From a virus, in the IMG/VR virus record IMGVR_UViG_3300011116_000925, positions 24,486 to 88,485 of that record: a stretch of DNA of 64,000 nucleotides; one strand, given 5' to 3'. Position numbers and translations under genes: made by a program. Numbering within the stretch: the stretch's first letter is position 1; every line of letters begins with the position of its first letter. This document shows positions 49,413 to 59,936 of this stretch, in pieces. The notes beneath the pieces are model-generated. The model made no database searches, was not told the DNA's origin, and saw only the letters and a program-made list of their open reading frames with translations.

Positions 49413-50279
49413 TTATAATATCAGACTGAATAATAATGCTCTAGTTTTTGAAACAAGTTCATCATTTGTTGTTAAATTATTTACATATAACCCAGTATGT
49501 CCAGATCCTGGATCTGATGCATAAAATTGATTAGATCCACCAACTGGTGTTGGTATTGATCCTTGATTCACCATTCTTATGGCATTTGATAAAATTATTT
49601 GACCTATACCATTACCCGAAATAGTTAAATTACCATCACTAGTTAATGATGATATATTATCAACACGAAATCCTTCACTTTGTAATTTAGCAAAAAGAAC
49701 ATCATCAAGATTAAAATCTATATAACTTCCTGATACACCAGTATCAGTAATAACTACTGAACTATCATTTTGATAAATTGCATTCGTAACAATATTATTA
49801 TCAACATATGTTTTTACAGCATGTTGAGTTGCAAGAGATTGAGAACTATCTCCTGACAAGGTCGTATCATTATCAATAGAAGTTATGGTTTCACCATCAG
49901 ATAATGATATAGAAGCAGATCTAAAATCTCCCAATGTATTATCACTATCACTGAATACTTTCCATTGATCAGTTGATTCATCCCAAAGTATAGCAGCTGG
50001 AGTTAATGATCCCCTATCAATCACTAATCCTGATATTCCTAATGTAACTCCGGCTCCAGATTCATCTTTATTTAGAGTTATGATATTATCAGTTATAGAT
50101 AAATCTGTAGATGTCACTGTGGTTGATGATCCCTGTACTACAAGATTCCCTACAACAGTTACCGTTCCATTTGATCTAGTATTCAATACTATATTACCAT
50201 CAACAGATGATAATATATCTATATTACCATTACTATCTATTTTATAATCACCGGAAAATCTTATTGTGCGTGTGGACAT
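49413..50279 (-). CDS. virion structural (fibre-like) protein
   Basis: GNLVVQG...DNIITLN...IDRG, LATQHAVKTYVD. Confidence 0.6.
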   Translation of the reverse strand: MSTRTIRFSGDYKIDSNGNIDILSSVDGNIVLNTRSNGTVTVVGNLVVQGSSTTVTSTDLSITDNIITLNKDESGAGVTLGISGLVIDRGSLTPAAILWDESTDQWKVFSDSDNTLGDFRSASISLSDGETITSIDNDTTLSGDSSQSLATQHAVKTYVDNNIVTNAIYQNDSSVVITDTGVSGSYIDFNLDDVLFAKLQSEGFRVDNISSLTSDGNLTISGNGIGQIILSNAIRMVNQGSIPTPVGGSNQFYASDPGSGHTGLYVNNLTTNDELVSKTRALLFSLIL

Positions 50280-50300
50280 GTTTATACCTTATTTATTGAA

Positions 50301-50327
50301 GAAGGGAGGTTATAAAAACCTCCCTTC
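50301..50327 (-). terminator. intrinsic terminator-like hairpin
   Basis: GAAGGGAGGTT...AACCTCCCTTC. Confidence 0.65.
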
Positions 50328-50351
50328 AATTTAACTTATTCTAATAAATTT

Positions 50352-51476
50352 TTATCCATTCAATATTGTTACTGATGATCCTTCAACTGCTGAACCAAAT
50401 GTCCATGGAACACTTATTCCAGTTGATCCTGTAGTGAATTGTGTTCCAGTTCTACTACCTTTGACAATAACTGCTTTATGTGCAGTTAATTTAGTAACAT
50501 AATATGTTCCACCATCACTATCAGTTGCAGTTAATGTCATTTGTCCAGCAGATGGTGCTGCGGCTACTAATTTACATACTCCTGTACCATCAGATGTTAT
50601 AACTCTATATGTTTTAGAATTTTCCTGTTTGATGATATCCGCAGGATGAGCACTTCCACCAGTAATATAAGCACTCGCTTTAATAGCTGGTAAATTGCTA
50701 TTTGTTAGCGTTGCAGTTGCGGCTGCTCCTGTACTTCCTGAAAATGTTAATGCTGCATCTGATGCTTGATAATATCCTGCACCACTTGTTACTACGCTTA
50801 CACTTAACAATTTCATTGTTGCAGTTAATGTTGCACCAGTTCCACCAGATGGTGATACCGTTGTTGCTCCACCAGCACTTGGAAATGTCGTATAATCTCC
50901 GGCGACGGTAGGTGTTGATGTTAATGTATTAACTCCCCAAAGAATATTAAATGTAGGTGTACCTACTCCAGATCCTGTGGTTGAATTTGCTGTTACTGGA
51001 TTTGCGGGTTTTGCGGCAATTCTACTTCCAGCTGTGGTCACACTTACCGTGGTAATTTGATCTGATCCATTAACTGCGGTAACGGTCAATACTGTATTGG
51101 TTCCACCAGCATTTGTAAATGTAAAGGTATCATTAATTGCCCAACCAGAAGTTCCACCAGCTTGAACTGTTGCACTTACTGCCTTAATAGCAGATACTTC
51201 AAATTGTGCTGCGGTTACTGCGGTTCCAGTTGTTAATGTTAGGACATCATGATAATTATATCCTGATCCAGCAGCAACCACGGCAGCACTGGATGATTTA
51301 TAATGAGCTAATACGGTAGCTATTACTCCACCAGGAAGCGGAGAGCCTACTGTAACCGTTGGTATCGTGGTCCAGCCAGATCCAGCTGTAATTGATCCAT
51401 AGCTAGCAACACCTTCACCACCAACTTGAACCGTATTTGTATTTCCAAAATATTTCTTTTGTAGAGGACGTCCCAT
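50352..51476 (-). CDS. Thr/Gly/Ala-rich virion structural protein
   Basis: MGRPL start, GSGY repeats, AAGGAG SD, upstream TAAATA. Confidence 0.65.
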   Translation of the reverse strand: MGRPLQKKYFGNTNTVQVGGEGVASYGSITAGSGWTTIPTVTVGSPLPGGVIATVLAHYKSSSAAVVAAGSGYNYHDVLTLTTGTAVTAAQFEVSAIKAVSATVQAGGTSGWAINDTFTFTNAGGTNTVLTVTAVNGSDQITTVSVTTAGSRIAAKPANPVTANSTTGSGVGTPTFNILWGVNTLTSTPTVAGDYTTFPSAGGATTVSPSGGTGATLTATMKLLSVSVVTSGAGYYQASDAALTFSGSTGAAATATLTNSNLPAIKASAYITGGSAHPADIIKQENSKTYRVITSDGTGVCKLVAAAPSAGQMTLTATDSDGGTYYVTKLTAHKAVIVKGSRTGTQFTTGSTGISVPWTFGSAVEGSSVTILNG

Positions 51477-51580
51477 TTATTTTTCTCCTTGTTATAGGCG
51501 TTCTATGCCCTACGCTGTGGGTCAGCATAAAAACGATTATGTATAATCGGATATTATATTTATTGATTTTCAACCATATA

Positions 51581-51611
51581 TGATTATAGGGACCTAAGGT
51601 CCCTATAATCA
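51581..51611 (-). terminator. hairpin terminator after the Nampt gene
   Basis: TGATTATAGGGACC-TAA-GGTCCCTATAATCA. Confidence 0.75.
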
Positions 51612-51612
51612 C

Positions 51613-53007
51613 TTATTCAAACTTGCCAGCTGCTCGTTTTCTAATAGATTCAAAATTATCATCAATTAATAATTCACCATTTTTAAACACAACTCGTAAT
51701 TCGTTTTGCCACGAATTCCCACTCTCTGGTTTGCATGTTGCTATTCCTTTTTCATAAACAACAGCAAAACGACCCTTCTTACTAATTTTACCATGGTCTG
51801 TAACGGGATCTTTATATACGTCATACCACTTACCATCTCTATTAATGGCAGAACATTTCATTGCCCATTTTAATGTATCTCTATTCAATCCTTGAAGTAA
51901 CATACCTCCCATACCAAATGCAACATTTTCCGAACTCCATCCATTTCTAGTAATAAATTCGAGGATTTGTTCGATACTTGATAAATTAATTCCGTCACCT
52001 TGAATAACTCGAATATATGGTGGAAGTACCTTATAACCTAATTTATTCACAGAATATCCAAATGACACTCCTAACCTATTCAAGCATTCTAATACTACTT
52101 CATGTGGTGTCCCACTATCTGGTCTAACGACCACGGTTGCACCACATTCAATAACCATTGATCTAAGTTGATCGCCCCAGATATTACTTATAGCATTATA
52201 AATGTCATAACTATCACTAACTACTGCTAATAAACCACCAGGCTTAGAAAATTTTTGAACCATATTTGCATATGCATCTACTTCACCTTCCCTACCCCAA
52301 CTGGTTATTGTGCTATGTTCGGCAGCTGGAATGCTGAAACCAACGGCAGTTTCAGTATTATAAAATTCAATTGCTGCAACCAATGCTCCCATGGTATCAG
52401 TACCTAAGAAATTAATTAAATGAGCTAGTCCACCTAATTCACCACTTTCCTTGCTGCTGACTCCTCGATATCCAAAATCATGTAATTTAAATCCAATTTG
52501 GGATTCTGGATCTTCACATGTTTTAATCAAATAATCCATTATGATTTGTTTGGCATGATAACTAATTGTTGCTACCGTTGATGGATACCAAACTGCTCGA
52601 AGCAATGATGTTTCCAAAAAACTTGTTAACCAAAAACATTTTGGATCAGTATTTTCAATTGTCAAGACAGGAATATGTGTAGGCACTACCATACCTTCTG
52701 GTAATGCTCTAATAATTACTGGTAACTTTCCATTATGTTTATTAACGATATAATCCCATCCAATTCTATTAAATGGTAGACCGTGCGCAATAGTAATCTT
52801 TTCTGCAAAATCCACATCTTCAGATGTGATTGGAATTGTTAAATATTTCTTAATAAATGCCTGTAAGCCAAACATTACTAATTTATTAAACTGTCCACCT
52901 CTACTTTCAATATAACTATATACAGTTTCTGTGTTGGGTGGATATTGTAAGAAATGGCTGTGTTTATAAGAATCGGTATTTAGAATTATTGAGTCTCTAA
53001 CTTTCAT
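51613..53007 (-). CDS. nadV: nicotinamide phosphoribosyltransferase (Nampt)
   Basis: TDSYKHSH, LHDFGYRG, SIPAAEHS, VSDSYD, RPDSG, IQGDG, KSKKG-like motif. Confidence 0.95.
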   Translation of the reverse strand: MKVRDSIILNTDSYKHSHFLQYPPNTETVYSYIESRGGQFNKLVMFGLQAFIKKYLTIPITSEDVDFAEKITIAHGLPFNRIGWDYIVNKHNGKLPVIIRALPEGMVVPTHIPVLTIENTDPKCFWLTSFLETSLLRAVWYPSTVATISYHAKQIIMDYLIKTCEDPESQIGFKLHDFGYRGVSSKESGELGGLAHLINFLGTDTMGALVAAIEFYNTETAVGFSIPAAEHSTITSWGREGEVDAYANMVQKFSKPGGLLAVVSDSYDIYNAISNIWGDQLRSMVIECGATVVVRPDSGTPHEVVLECLNRLGVSFGYSVNKLGYKVLPPYIRVIQGDGINLSSIEQILEFITRNGWSSENVAFGMGGMLLQGLNRDTLKWAMKCSAINRDGKWYDVYKDPVTDHGKISKKGRFAVVYEKGIATCKPESGNSWQNELRVVFKNGELLIDDNFESIRKRAAGKFE

Positions 53008-53056
53008 AGTAAATCTCCTTTACTGTTGCTATGATTCAAAACGTCTATCGTTCTGA
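53008..53056 (-). promoter_or_regulatory. two-hairpin RNA leader motif, copy 1
   Basis: TCAGAAC-GATAGAC-GTTTTGA then AGTAAA-GGAGA-TTTACT. Confidence 0.7.
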
Positions 53057-53057
53057 T

Positions 53058-54074
53058 TTAGATTCTGGCTAAAAGATTGTGAATAATGTCATAATGGTCT
53101 TCAAACATCATTGCACGTTTTATTGATGCAATAGGAAACCAGACAGCCTTCTTTGCATCATCACTGCCTTTGACTTTAGGCAATTCTAAATCATCCTTAA
53201 GTTTAAATAAGAATGCATGAGTAATAGTTCGTCCTCGTGAACTACGATGTGGGTCATCAAATACATCACGTTCAACCATACTTCCACGTAATACAGGTTC
53301 TGGAACTTTGATTTTTGTTTCTTCACGAAGTTCTCGAATTACTGCATCAATAATCTTTTCTTGAGGATTTAAAAATCCTCCAGGCATAGCCCATAATCCT
53401 TTTCCTGGATATCCTCTTCTTTCAACTAAAAGAACATTACCACCTTGTACCACAACAGCATCAACTGTTGAAAAAATAGGAGTATATGGTGCATTTTTCC
53501 AGGCCAATTTATATTTGGCAACAAATTCAAATTCTTGCGCAATCTGTTGATAATGTTTAGAATTACGATGTAATTCCAAATGAGAAATCATTTGTTCCGT
53601 CAAATATTGATGATAATTAGTTTTCAATAATCCCCAATATCCTTCTCGAATATCAGTCGCATTAATAGGTGGAATATTAGGGAAACCAATATTATCCCAT
53701 TGTGGAAATAACTTTAAATAGAAACTAGAGCCATCCTTCTGATGGCCCAAAAGAGCCACCCTATCATTCATCATTATATGTTTAGATACTAATTCTTGAA
53801 CTTGTGAAATCCAAGCGGAATCATTATAAGTTCTATCTTCAAGTGGTTCAAATATAATTCGATCATCATATTCTGATGAATCATAATGCATCTTGATCAT
53901 TTTAGCACGATCAAGCCAATGCCATGGATTTCGAATATTAGGAGGCTGATTAGCACTTCCAACCAATATTAACACTTTTTTTGCTTTTGTGAGGCCATTA
54001 TCAATGATGCTTTTATGTCCTAGGTGAAATGGCTGAAATCTACCTATAAAGACCGCTAAATCGTACATTGGCAT
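53058..54074 (-). CDS. bifunctional NMN adenylyltransferase / ADP-ribose Nudix hydrolase (NadM-Nudix)
   Basis: GRFQPFHLGH, NATDIR, PGGF...RELREET, GSDDA. Confidence 0.93.
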   Translation of the reverse strand: MPMYDLAVFIGRFQPFHLGHKSIIDNGLTKAKKVLILVGSANQPPNIRNPWHWLDRAKMIKMHYDSSEYDDRIIFEPLEDRTYNDSAWISQVQELVSKHIMMNDRVALLGHQKDGSSFYLKLFPQWDNIGFPNIPPINATDIREGYWGLLKTNYHQYLTEQMISHLELHRNSKHYQQIAQEFEFVAKYKLAWKNAPYTPIFSTVDAVVVQGGNVLLVERRGYPGKGLWAMPGGFLNPQEKIIDAVIRELREETKIKVPEPVLRGSMVERDVFDDPHRSSRGRTITHAFLFKLKDDLELPKVKGSDDAKKAVWFPIASIKRAMMFEDHYDIIHNLLARI

Positions 54075-54114
54075 AACTCCTATACCGTTAATTCAATGAA
54101 GTCTATCTTCATTG
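54070..54114 (-). promoter_or_regulatory. two-hairpin RNA leader motif, copy 2
   Basis: CAATGAA-GATAGAC-TTCATTG then GGTATA-GGAGT-TATGCC; TATAAATA just upstream. Confidence 0.7.
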
Positions 54115-54159
54115 TCATATATTTATATGCTTCTAACTTTAAGAAAACAATATTAAAAT

Positions 54160-55599
54160 CTAAATTTCAAAAATTAAATTACCGCAGTCCCAATATCTCC
54201 TATATCCTGAATTAAACATATTTTTGGATTCACTCAATTTAGAATCATATGATTTTAACCATTTTGATAATTGTTTCTTTTGCGCTTTATATCGTGAAAT
54301 AACCTTGGTACCATCTGTCCAAAAATATCCAGGTTTGCTATTACCAATCAATTTAAATCCAGATGCCAAATATCCATTGCCAATACTTTTGGATCTATCA
54401 CAATAAGTAATAAATAATCCAGAATGATATTTTTTAGTATGTGATATGAGTTTGCTTAATCCACCCACGACAGTATATCCGATCTTAGTTGATATACGAA
54501 GAATTTCCAAATTATTATTTTTCTTAAATCTATTTTTACCAAATCCTATCATCATTACAAGTTCTTGATCTAAAAATAACCCATATGCGATTGTTGATCT
54601 TATATAACCCTGTATATGATTATCTATTAAAAATTTCCTAGTTTCTTTATTTGTTAAAGATCGAACCTGACATTTTCGTGCATAAATTTTATTGGTTAAT
54701 CCAAGTTTTGATTTAATAAGATCCTTAATTATTTCTGCCTTATTGATCCATTCAAAATCTGTAATATGTAATAATTGAATTCCATATTTCTCACATTCTA
54801 TGGTTTTATCCAAATGTTTGTTCTTATAATCTGATTCAAGTTCAGATGACGGAGCGGAATGCCAATATAATCCATTAATTTCTATCGCTAACTTAGATGA
54901 TGGAATATAGATATCAATTTCTTTATTTTTTAATATTTTCCAATTAGATTCTTCTATTGAAACTCCTAATGATTTAATATAAGTTCCAATGTCTTTTTCA
55001 ATAATACTATAATTAGATGTTTGTCTTATTTCAAATCCATATAATTTTAAATAATCAATAACAGTTCCATAATAAGTGTTTAATTCTTTTGCAATGTCAA
55101 CAGTTGTTCTTTTCTTAACTTCATATTCTTCAGTTAACCAAATTTTATCATTCAATTTATTAAAAACATTTAATGGAATCTTAGGTTTTGTCCATGAATG
55201 ATGAATTTCTGGACGTTGACTATTGTATCCCACACCATATTTCAAAACCATTGAATTTAATCTTTTTTCATTGATCTTAGAATTCTGATCATCTGAATAA
55301 TTTAATTTGGTTTTAGAAACATTGAACTTAATATTATTTTTTGTACATTGACACACATTTGCTGGACCACACATTGTCCATCCAGAATTAAATCTAGATA
55401 TCTTTTTAATATTACCAAATTCACAAAGATTTGATTCTTGATATATTGCACTGTAAATTTTATCCTTAAATTCTGTTGTCTCAATTAAAGAATTTTTATC
55501 AATCCATTTTACCAAAACATCATTCTTTTTAATAATTCTAATATAATGTTTAGGATTCTTTTTTATAATATCTAAAATATCAAGTCGTTGTTGTTGCAT
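54160..55599 (-). mobile_element. free-standing Hef-like homing endonuclease gene
   Basis: EIDIYIP..LAIEINGLYWHS, IYARKC, WDCG; very AT-rich; directly downstream of the capsid gene. Confidence 0.7.
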
Positions 55600-55648
55600 A
55601 TTATTATTTATAGAACATTCTAATCATGATGTCAATTTAGTCAAAACG

Positions 55649-55669
55649 ATAGGGGCTCAAGGCCCCTAT
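55649..55669 (-). terminator. terminator after the capsid gene
   Basis: ATAGGGGC...GCCCCTAT hairpin followed by TTTT. Confidence 0.75.
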
Positions 55670-55698
55670 GTTTTATCAAAATTACAACTAATTTTAGT

Positions 55699-56874
55699 TT
55701 AGCTGAATTTTAAATTCGTGGTGTTGATTCCGATTGTTGAAACGTAATCAGCGGCATTACCTAGTGATGATGCTGTATTTGTTAATTCTTTATACCCATA
55801 ACGAGTTAAGAAACCAACAGTTGGCTCAAAAGTAGTTGGATCAAGCACAACTCCACTGCTCATCAGTGGAATATATGGACAATAGAACGCTGCTGCATCT
55901 GTTTCACTTGAACCCTTATATCCTAACAATACAACTGTGTTACTTGGTGCATATGCATCAACGTAAACCTTCATACTGCTATTCAATGTTCCAACAAACT
56001 TAGTGTTAGTTGGGGCTTCGAATGTTCCTTCAGTTGTTCTTGCGAATGCAGAAGTTGTTGCACTCTGAAGAATTGTTAAGGTGTTGCTACTTACAACGGC
56101 CCAATTTGCTGCGCCACGACGTGTGCGTTGTGCAACCAAGTTAGCCTGTTGATTGATAAGAACAGCTAATGCAGCATGTTCGTCACCGACGAAAGTTGCT
56201 GTACCACTTACTGCTGCTTGATCATAAGTTGCTGCGGTGTTACCTGGCAATGCACGTAGGCTTGTCAAGATTTCCTGATCTATTTCAGCAGTAATTTCTT
56301 GAGCAAGTGCTGCCATAACTTCAGCTTCAACGTCAATACCATGAATAGCATTTGCATCTTGTGCTGCTTCAAAGGTCCAACGTGCGCTTAGTTTACGAGA
56401 CTTAGCCTCAACAACTTCACGCAATACTTGAATGCTTAGACGGTTACCAGCAACGCCTTCAAGAGCTGCTACGCTAGATGCTTTAGGAGTTGCCAATACG
56501 GCATTACCTGAATAACTAGCTGCAATTTTGAATGGGCTCAATGCTTCTTCACCTGCCATTACACCGGCACCAGTGCTCGTGTCACTGTATCGTACACGTA
56601 GAGTGTGAATCTGACCAACTGGTCCTGTCATTGGCTGCACACCAACGATTTCGTTGGCGATAACAGTTGGCATAACACGACGAATAATTGGAAGAATTAC
56701 TCTATTTAGAGTTGCAATATTACCAACGCTGGTTGCACCAGCTGTTGCTTGTTCCATAAGATGTCGACGGGTATTATCTAGGACCGTGCTCATTGCGTCC
56801 CTTCTAATTCCTGTTAACCCTTCGGTTAGAGCTGCTTTAGTATCTCTCCAGCCCTCATTAAGAATGTCTACCAT
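55699..56874 (-). CDS. major capsid protein (gp23-like)
   Basis: GVQPMTGPVGQI, SRKLSARWT, EITAEID, FYCPYIPL, TRYG. Confidence 0.95.
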   Translation of the reverse strand: MVDILNEGWRDTKAALTEGLTGIRRDAMSTVLDNTRRHLMEQATAGATSVGNIATLNRVILPIIRRVMPTVIANEIVGVQPMTGPVGQIHTLRVRYSDTSTGAGVMAGEEALSPFKIAASYSGNAVLATPKASSVAALEGVAGNRLSIQVLREVVEAKSRKLSARWTFEAAQDANAIHGIDVEAEVMAALAQEITAEIDQEILTSLRALPGNTAATYDQAAVSGTATFVGDEHAALAVLINQQANLVAQRTRRGAANWAVVSSNTLTILQSATTSAFARTTEGTFEAPTNTKFVGTLNSSMKVYVDAYAPSNTVVLLGYKGSSETDAAAFYCPYIPLMSSGVVLDPTTFEPTVGFLTRYGYKELTNTASSLGNAADYVSTIGINTTNLKFS

Positions 56875-56896
56875 TTTCTCTCCTATTTACTTTAAA

Positions 56897-58000
56897 TTAA
56901 TTTTGAATACCGGCTAGTTTTCGTAGCTCGTCCAGTCTCACTACACCACTTTCATTAGTTGATTTTACAATTCTATTTCCAGTTGCTTCGCGAGTTTCTC
57001 TCTTGCCTTCGTTAAGTACAGACTTTTTATTTTGAACTGCTTCATTCAAAACTGCTGGTAAATACTTGTCAAATGCATTTTTTAACTGTGCAGTTTGCAC
57101 ACCCTCAAGTAAATCTAACATTACTGTTTTCTTTGACTTTTCTAGGTTTGCCGTAAGTTCAGCAATAGTCTTAGAACGATCTCTTGCATCTCGAACCTTT
57201 GCAATTTCTGCATTCTTTGATTCTATTAGCTTCGTCTTAGATTCAAGTGAAGATCGAGCTTCACTTAAAGCTTTATCCTTTTGCTTCATTACAGTGATTA
57301 AGCGAGCAATTTCTCCCTTTTCATTGTGTAAGCTACTTTGATATTCATGAACGAATGCCTCGAACAAACGTCTGCCGAAGTTATTCTGTCGAGCAGCTTC
57401 GATATCTTCCTTGAACTGACCCATATGAGCCTGTAGGTTCTTACGAACTGTCTCTGCTACTAGCGCAGAACTCTTCTTAATAAAGGCTGATTTAGTTTCT
57501 TCAAACTTTTGATTAGCCTCTTTGATCAAACGAACTTTAGTTTCAACAACTGCTCGTTTATCCTGGGTAAATTCTGAAATCTCTTCACCCAAAGTTTTAA
57601 TAACAAATTTCTCCAACTTTCCAAAGTTTTGACCTACCTTGGCACGATCACCATGTAGTTCTTTAATTTCTTTCTTAAGTTGTTCAAGAATAAAGGAATT
57701 AACCTTCTTAACATTGTTTCTCATTGATCGTTTTAGGGCAACTCGATCCTCTGCTAATTTCTTCTTGTCAATGGCAAACTCTGAAATTTCCTTTGTGAGC
57801 CATTCTTTTGTCATGGTGTCAAGTGCTTCTACGATATTTGTCTTATCATGTTCGTATTTTCTAGCATACTCTTCACGTAGATCATTTGTTATGTTAACTT
57901 TTGCTGATGAGAGTTGTGAATCCCATGCCTCTTGGATAGATTTACGAGTATCTTCATTAATGATACCATTATCCACCAAATTCTTAATTGCGTCTAACAT
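56897..58000 (-). CDS. prohead scaffold (gp22-like)
   Basis: Coiled-coil protein between protease and capsid genes. Confidence 0.75.
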   Translation of the reverse strand: MLDAIKNLVDNGIINEDTRKSIQEAWDSQLSSAKVNITNDLREEYARKYEHDKTNIVEALDTMTKEWLTKEISEFAIDKKKLAEDRVALKRSMRNNVKKVNSFILEQLKKEIKELHGDRAKVGQNFGKLEKFVIKTLGEEISEFTQDKRAVVETKVRLIKEANQKFEETKSAFIKKSSALVAETVRKNLQAHMGQFKEDIEAARQNNFGRRLFEAFVHEYQSSLHNEKGEIARLITVMKQKDKALSEARSSLESKTKLIESKNAEIAKVRDARDRSKTIAELTANLEKSKKTVMLDLLEGVQTAQLKNAFDKYLPAVLNEAVQNKKSVLNEGKRETREATGNRIVKSTNESGVVRLDELRKLAGIQN

Positions 58001-58012
58001 AAATTCAAACTC

Positions 58013-58639
58013 CTATTGTATCTTTAATTCTTGAATCAATCTTACAATTGATTTTTCGATATATTTTTGGGCAGCCTTATTATGGCCAACCTCACTTGCT
58101 GCTTCCAAAACTCGATATCCATGATGCATATTTAGAAGTCCTTCATATACAGGAGTAGGATAAGCATTTGGAGCACTAGGTTGTGCCACAACATCAATGG
58201 TTATAATTTCAAAATCACTAACGGTTCCACTAGATTCATTAACATTGCCACTTCCGCGACTGCTAACTCCTAATTTAACTCCACTAGTTAACATTGTTTC
58301 AATTAATTTGCCCATTGGGGTAGGTAGAACTTTAAGTTTACCATACCCCTTTGCGCCTTCCATCCACATTTCTGATACCATGTGACTAACACGATCTAAA
58401 TTGATCTTTAAATCATTGGGATGATCTACTTCGCCTAGAACAGAATAGCCACCTTTAATCTGTTCATTAATATGACGAACTGCGTTAGCGATTTGTCCAA
58501 CAGGATATGTTCTTTTGTTAGCATTCTCTACTCCACCTTCAATGCAGATTCCCTTCAAGAACAAATCCTTACCGTCTTTGTTCTCCAATTGAAGACCCGC
58601 TTGATCAAATGTTAGATTTTCTCTTAGTAGAATTGCCAT
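58013..58639 (-). CDS. prohead protease (gp21-like)
   Basis: NANKRTY, GEVDHP, GVSSRGSG, DVVAQPS. Confidence 0.93.
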   Translation of the reverse strand: MAILLRENLTFDQAGLQLENKDGKDLFLKGICIEGGVENANKRTYPVGQIANAVRHINEQIKGGYSVLGEVDHPNDLKINLDRVSHMVSEMWMEGAKGYGKLKVLPTPMGKLIETMLTSGVKLGVSSRGSGNVNESSGTVSDFEIITIDVVAQPSAPNAYPTPVYEGLLNMHHGYRVLEAASEVGHNKAAQKYIEKSIVRLIQELKIQ

Positions 58640-58656
58640 TTTTAACAAATCCTATC

Positions 58657-59574
58657 TTATTTGCTCAATAATGGAGACTTTGAATTTACGCCTGATTGTT
58701 CTTTAGTTTGTGCTTTAGGACCTGTTTCCATTTTCACATTCTTATTACCTACAGAATTTGCGTATTTTTCTTGACCCATTTTCTTACTTGGAGCAGCTAC
58801 TTTGCCACCCTTTTCATCACCACCCTCATCAAATTTAACGGCTTTGCCGCCAAAATCTGCAAGTTTTCCAATTACTGGGCTCTTTTTAGCAGAACTATCT
58901 GAACCATCTGTACTATTTACAGATACTTTTGACATTTCCACACCTTCAGCCATTGCCATTGGATCATGTTCATCATCGTCATGACCCATATCCATGTTCA
59001 TATCATCATGTTCAGTGTCATCACCACCAATATTCATTGAATCATCATCGTGATCCATATCCATTTCACCATGCTCTGAATCCATGCTATCTGTGTCAGT
59101 TTCATCTTGCATCAAATCATCAAATTCCTTTTTCAAGTCATCTAATGCTGCTTCTAAATCTGCAACACGATCTTCAACATCATCATCGCCAGACATACCA
59201 TCGTCAGAATCATCCATATCCATATCACCAGAATCATCTAAATCAGCATCATCTGAACCATCCATGTCATCGTCTGATCCTAGGTCTTCACCTGAATCAT
59301 CATCCATGTCTTCTTCATTTCCAGCTTCCATATCACCTTCAAGTTCATCAGTTGAATCTTCTACGGTACTGTTTTCTTCTGCTTCGACTTCATCCATGAA
59401 GCCTTCGACTTCATTTCCGTCTACATCTCTCATATCACCAATCTCTGATTCAAGAAGATCAGCATAGATTGAACGGCTCTCAGATACTATGATTTCATGA
59501 AATAGCTCGCGGGCTTTGCCAGCTTCATCATTAATAACATGTTCGAGAACTTGTTCCCATTTAGCATTAACCAT
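58657..59574 (-). CDS. highly acidic prohead core-like protein
   Basis: Asp/Met-rich tract; between portal and protease; AAGGAG SD. Confidence 0.6.
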   Translation of the reverse strand: MVNAKWEQVLEHVINDEAGKARELFHEIIVSESRSIYADLLESEIGDMRDVDGNEVEGFMDEVEAEENSTVEDSTDELEGDMEAGNEEDMDDDSGEDLGSDDDMDGSDDADLDDSGDMDMDDSDDGMSGDDDVEDRVADLEAALDDLKKEFDDLMQDETDTDSMDSEHGEMDMDHDDDSMNIGGDDTEHDDMNMDMGHDDDEHDPMAMAEGVEMSKVSVNSTDGSDSSAKKSPVIGKLADFGGKAVKFDEGGDEKGGKVAAPSKKMGQEKYANSVGNKNVKMETGPKAQTKEQSGVNSKSPLLSK

Positions 59575-59698
59575 TTAATTCTTCTCCTTATTGTAATTGA
59601 TCAATTTCAATAAATTATGTAAAGTATTTACATATTAGTGAAGAATAAGTGCTAAATGGGTATATTTTTGAGAGTTTTGATTTAATTTAGAAGAAAAA

Positions 59699-59929
59699 TT
59701 ACCCTATAGGCTGTTCTTCTGTTGGTGCCTTATAAATTTTTTGAACATCTTCAATTTCTTGAGCCTTTTCAAATGTATGAATATCATTCATTTGACGTAA
59801 AAGATGAATTTGCCTTAAAGTTAAACGTGTTTTGCGTGTGTCTTTTTTCTTTACGACAGAATTATCATCATCTGCTTCATATCGACTGAACGGCACATCA
59901 TTTTGATCAAATAATTCCATAAGATGCAT
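59699..59929 (-). CDS. small head-region hypothetical protein
   Basis: DTRKTRLTL; TAAATA-N4-ATG. Confidence 0.65.
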   Translation of the reverse strand: MHLMELFDQNDVPFSRYEADDDNSVVKKKDTRKTRLTLRQIHLLRQMNDIHTFEKAQEIEDVQKIYKAPTEEQPIG

Positions 59930-59936
59930 AAATTAT

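Noticed and set aside
58696-59467. His-rich and Ser-rich plus-strand ORFs
   Set aside because: Reverse complement of the Asp/Met-rich tract in the acidic core protein
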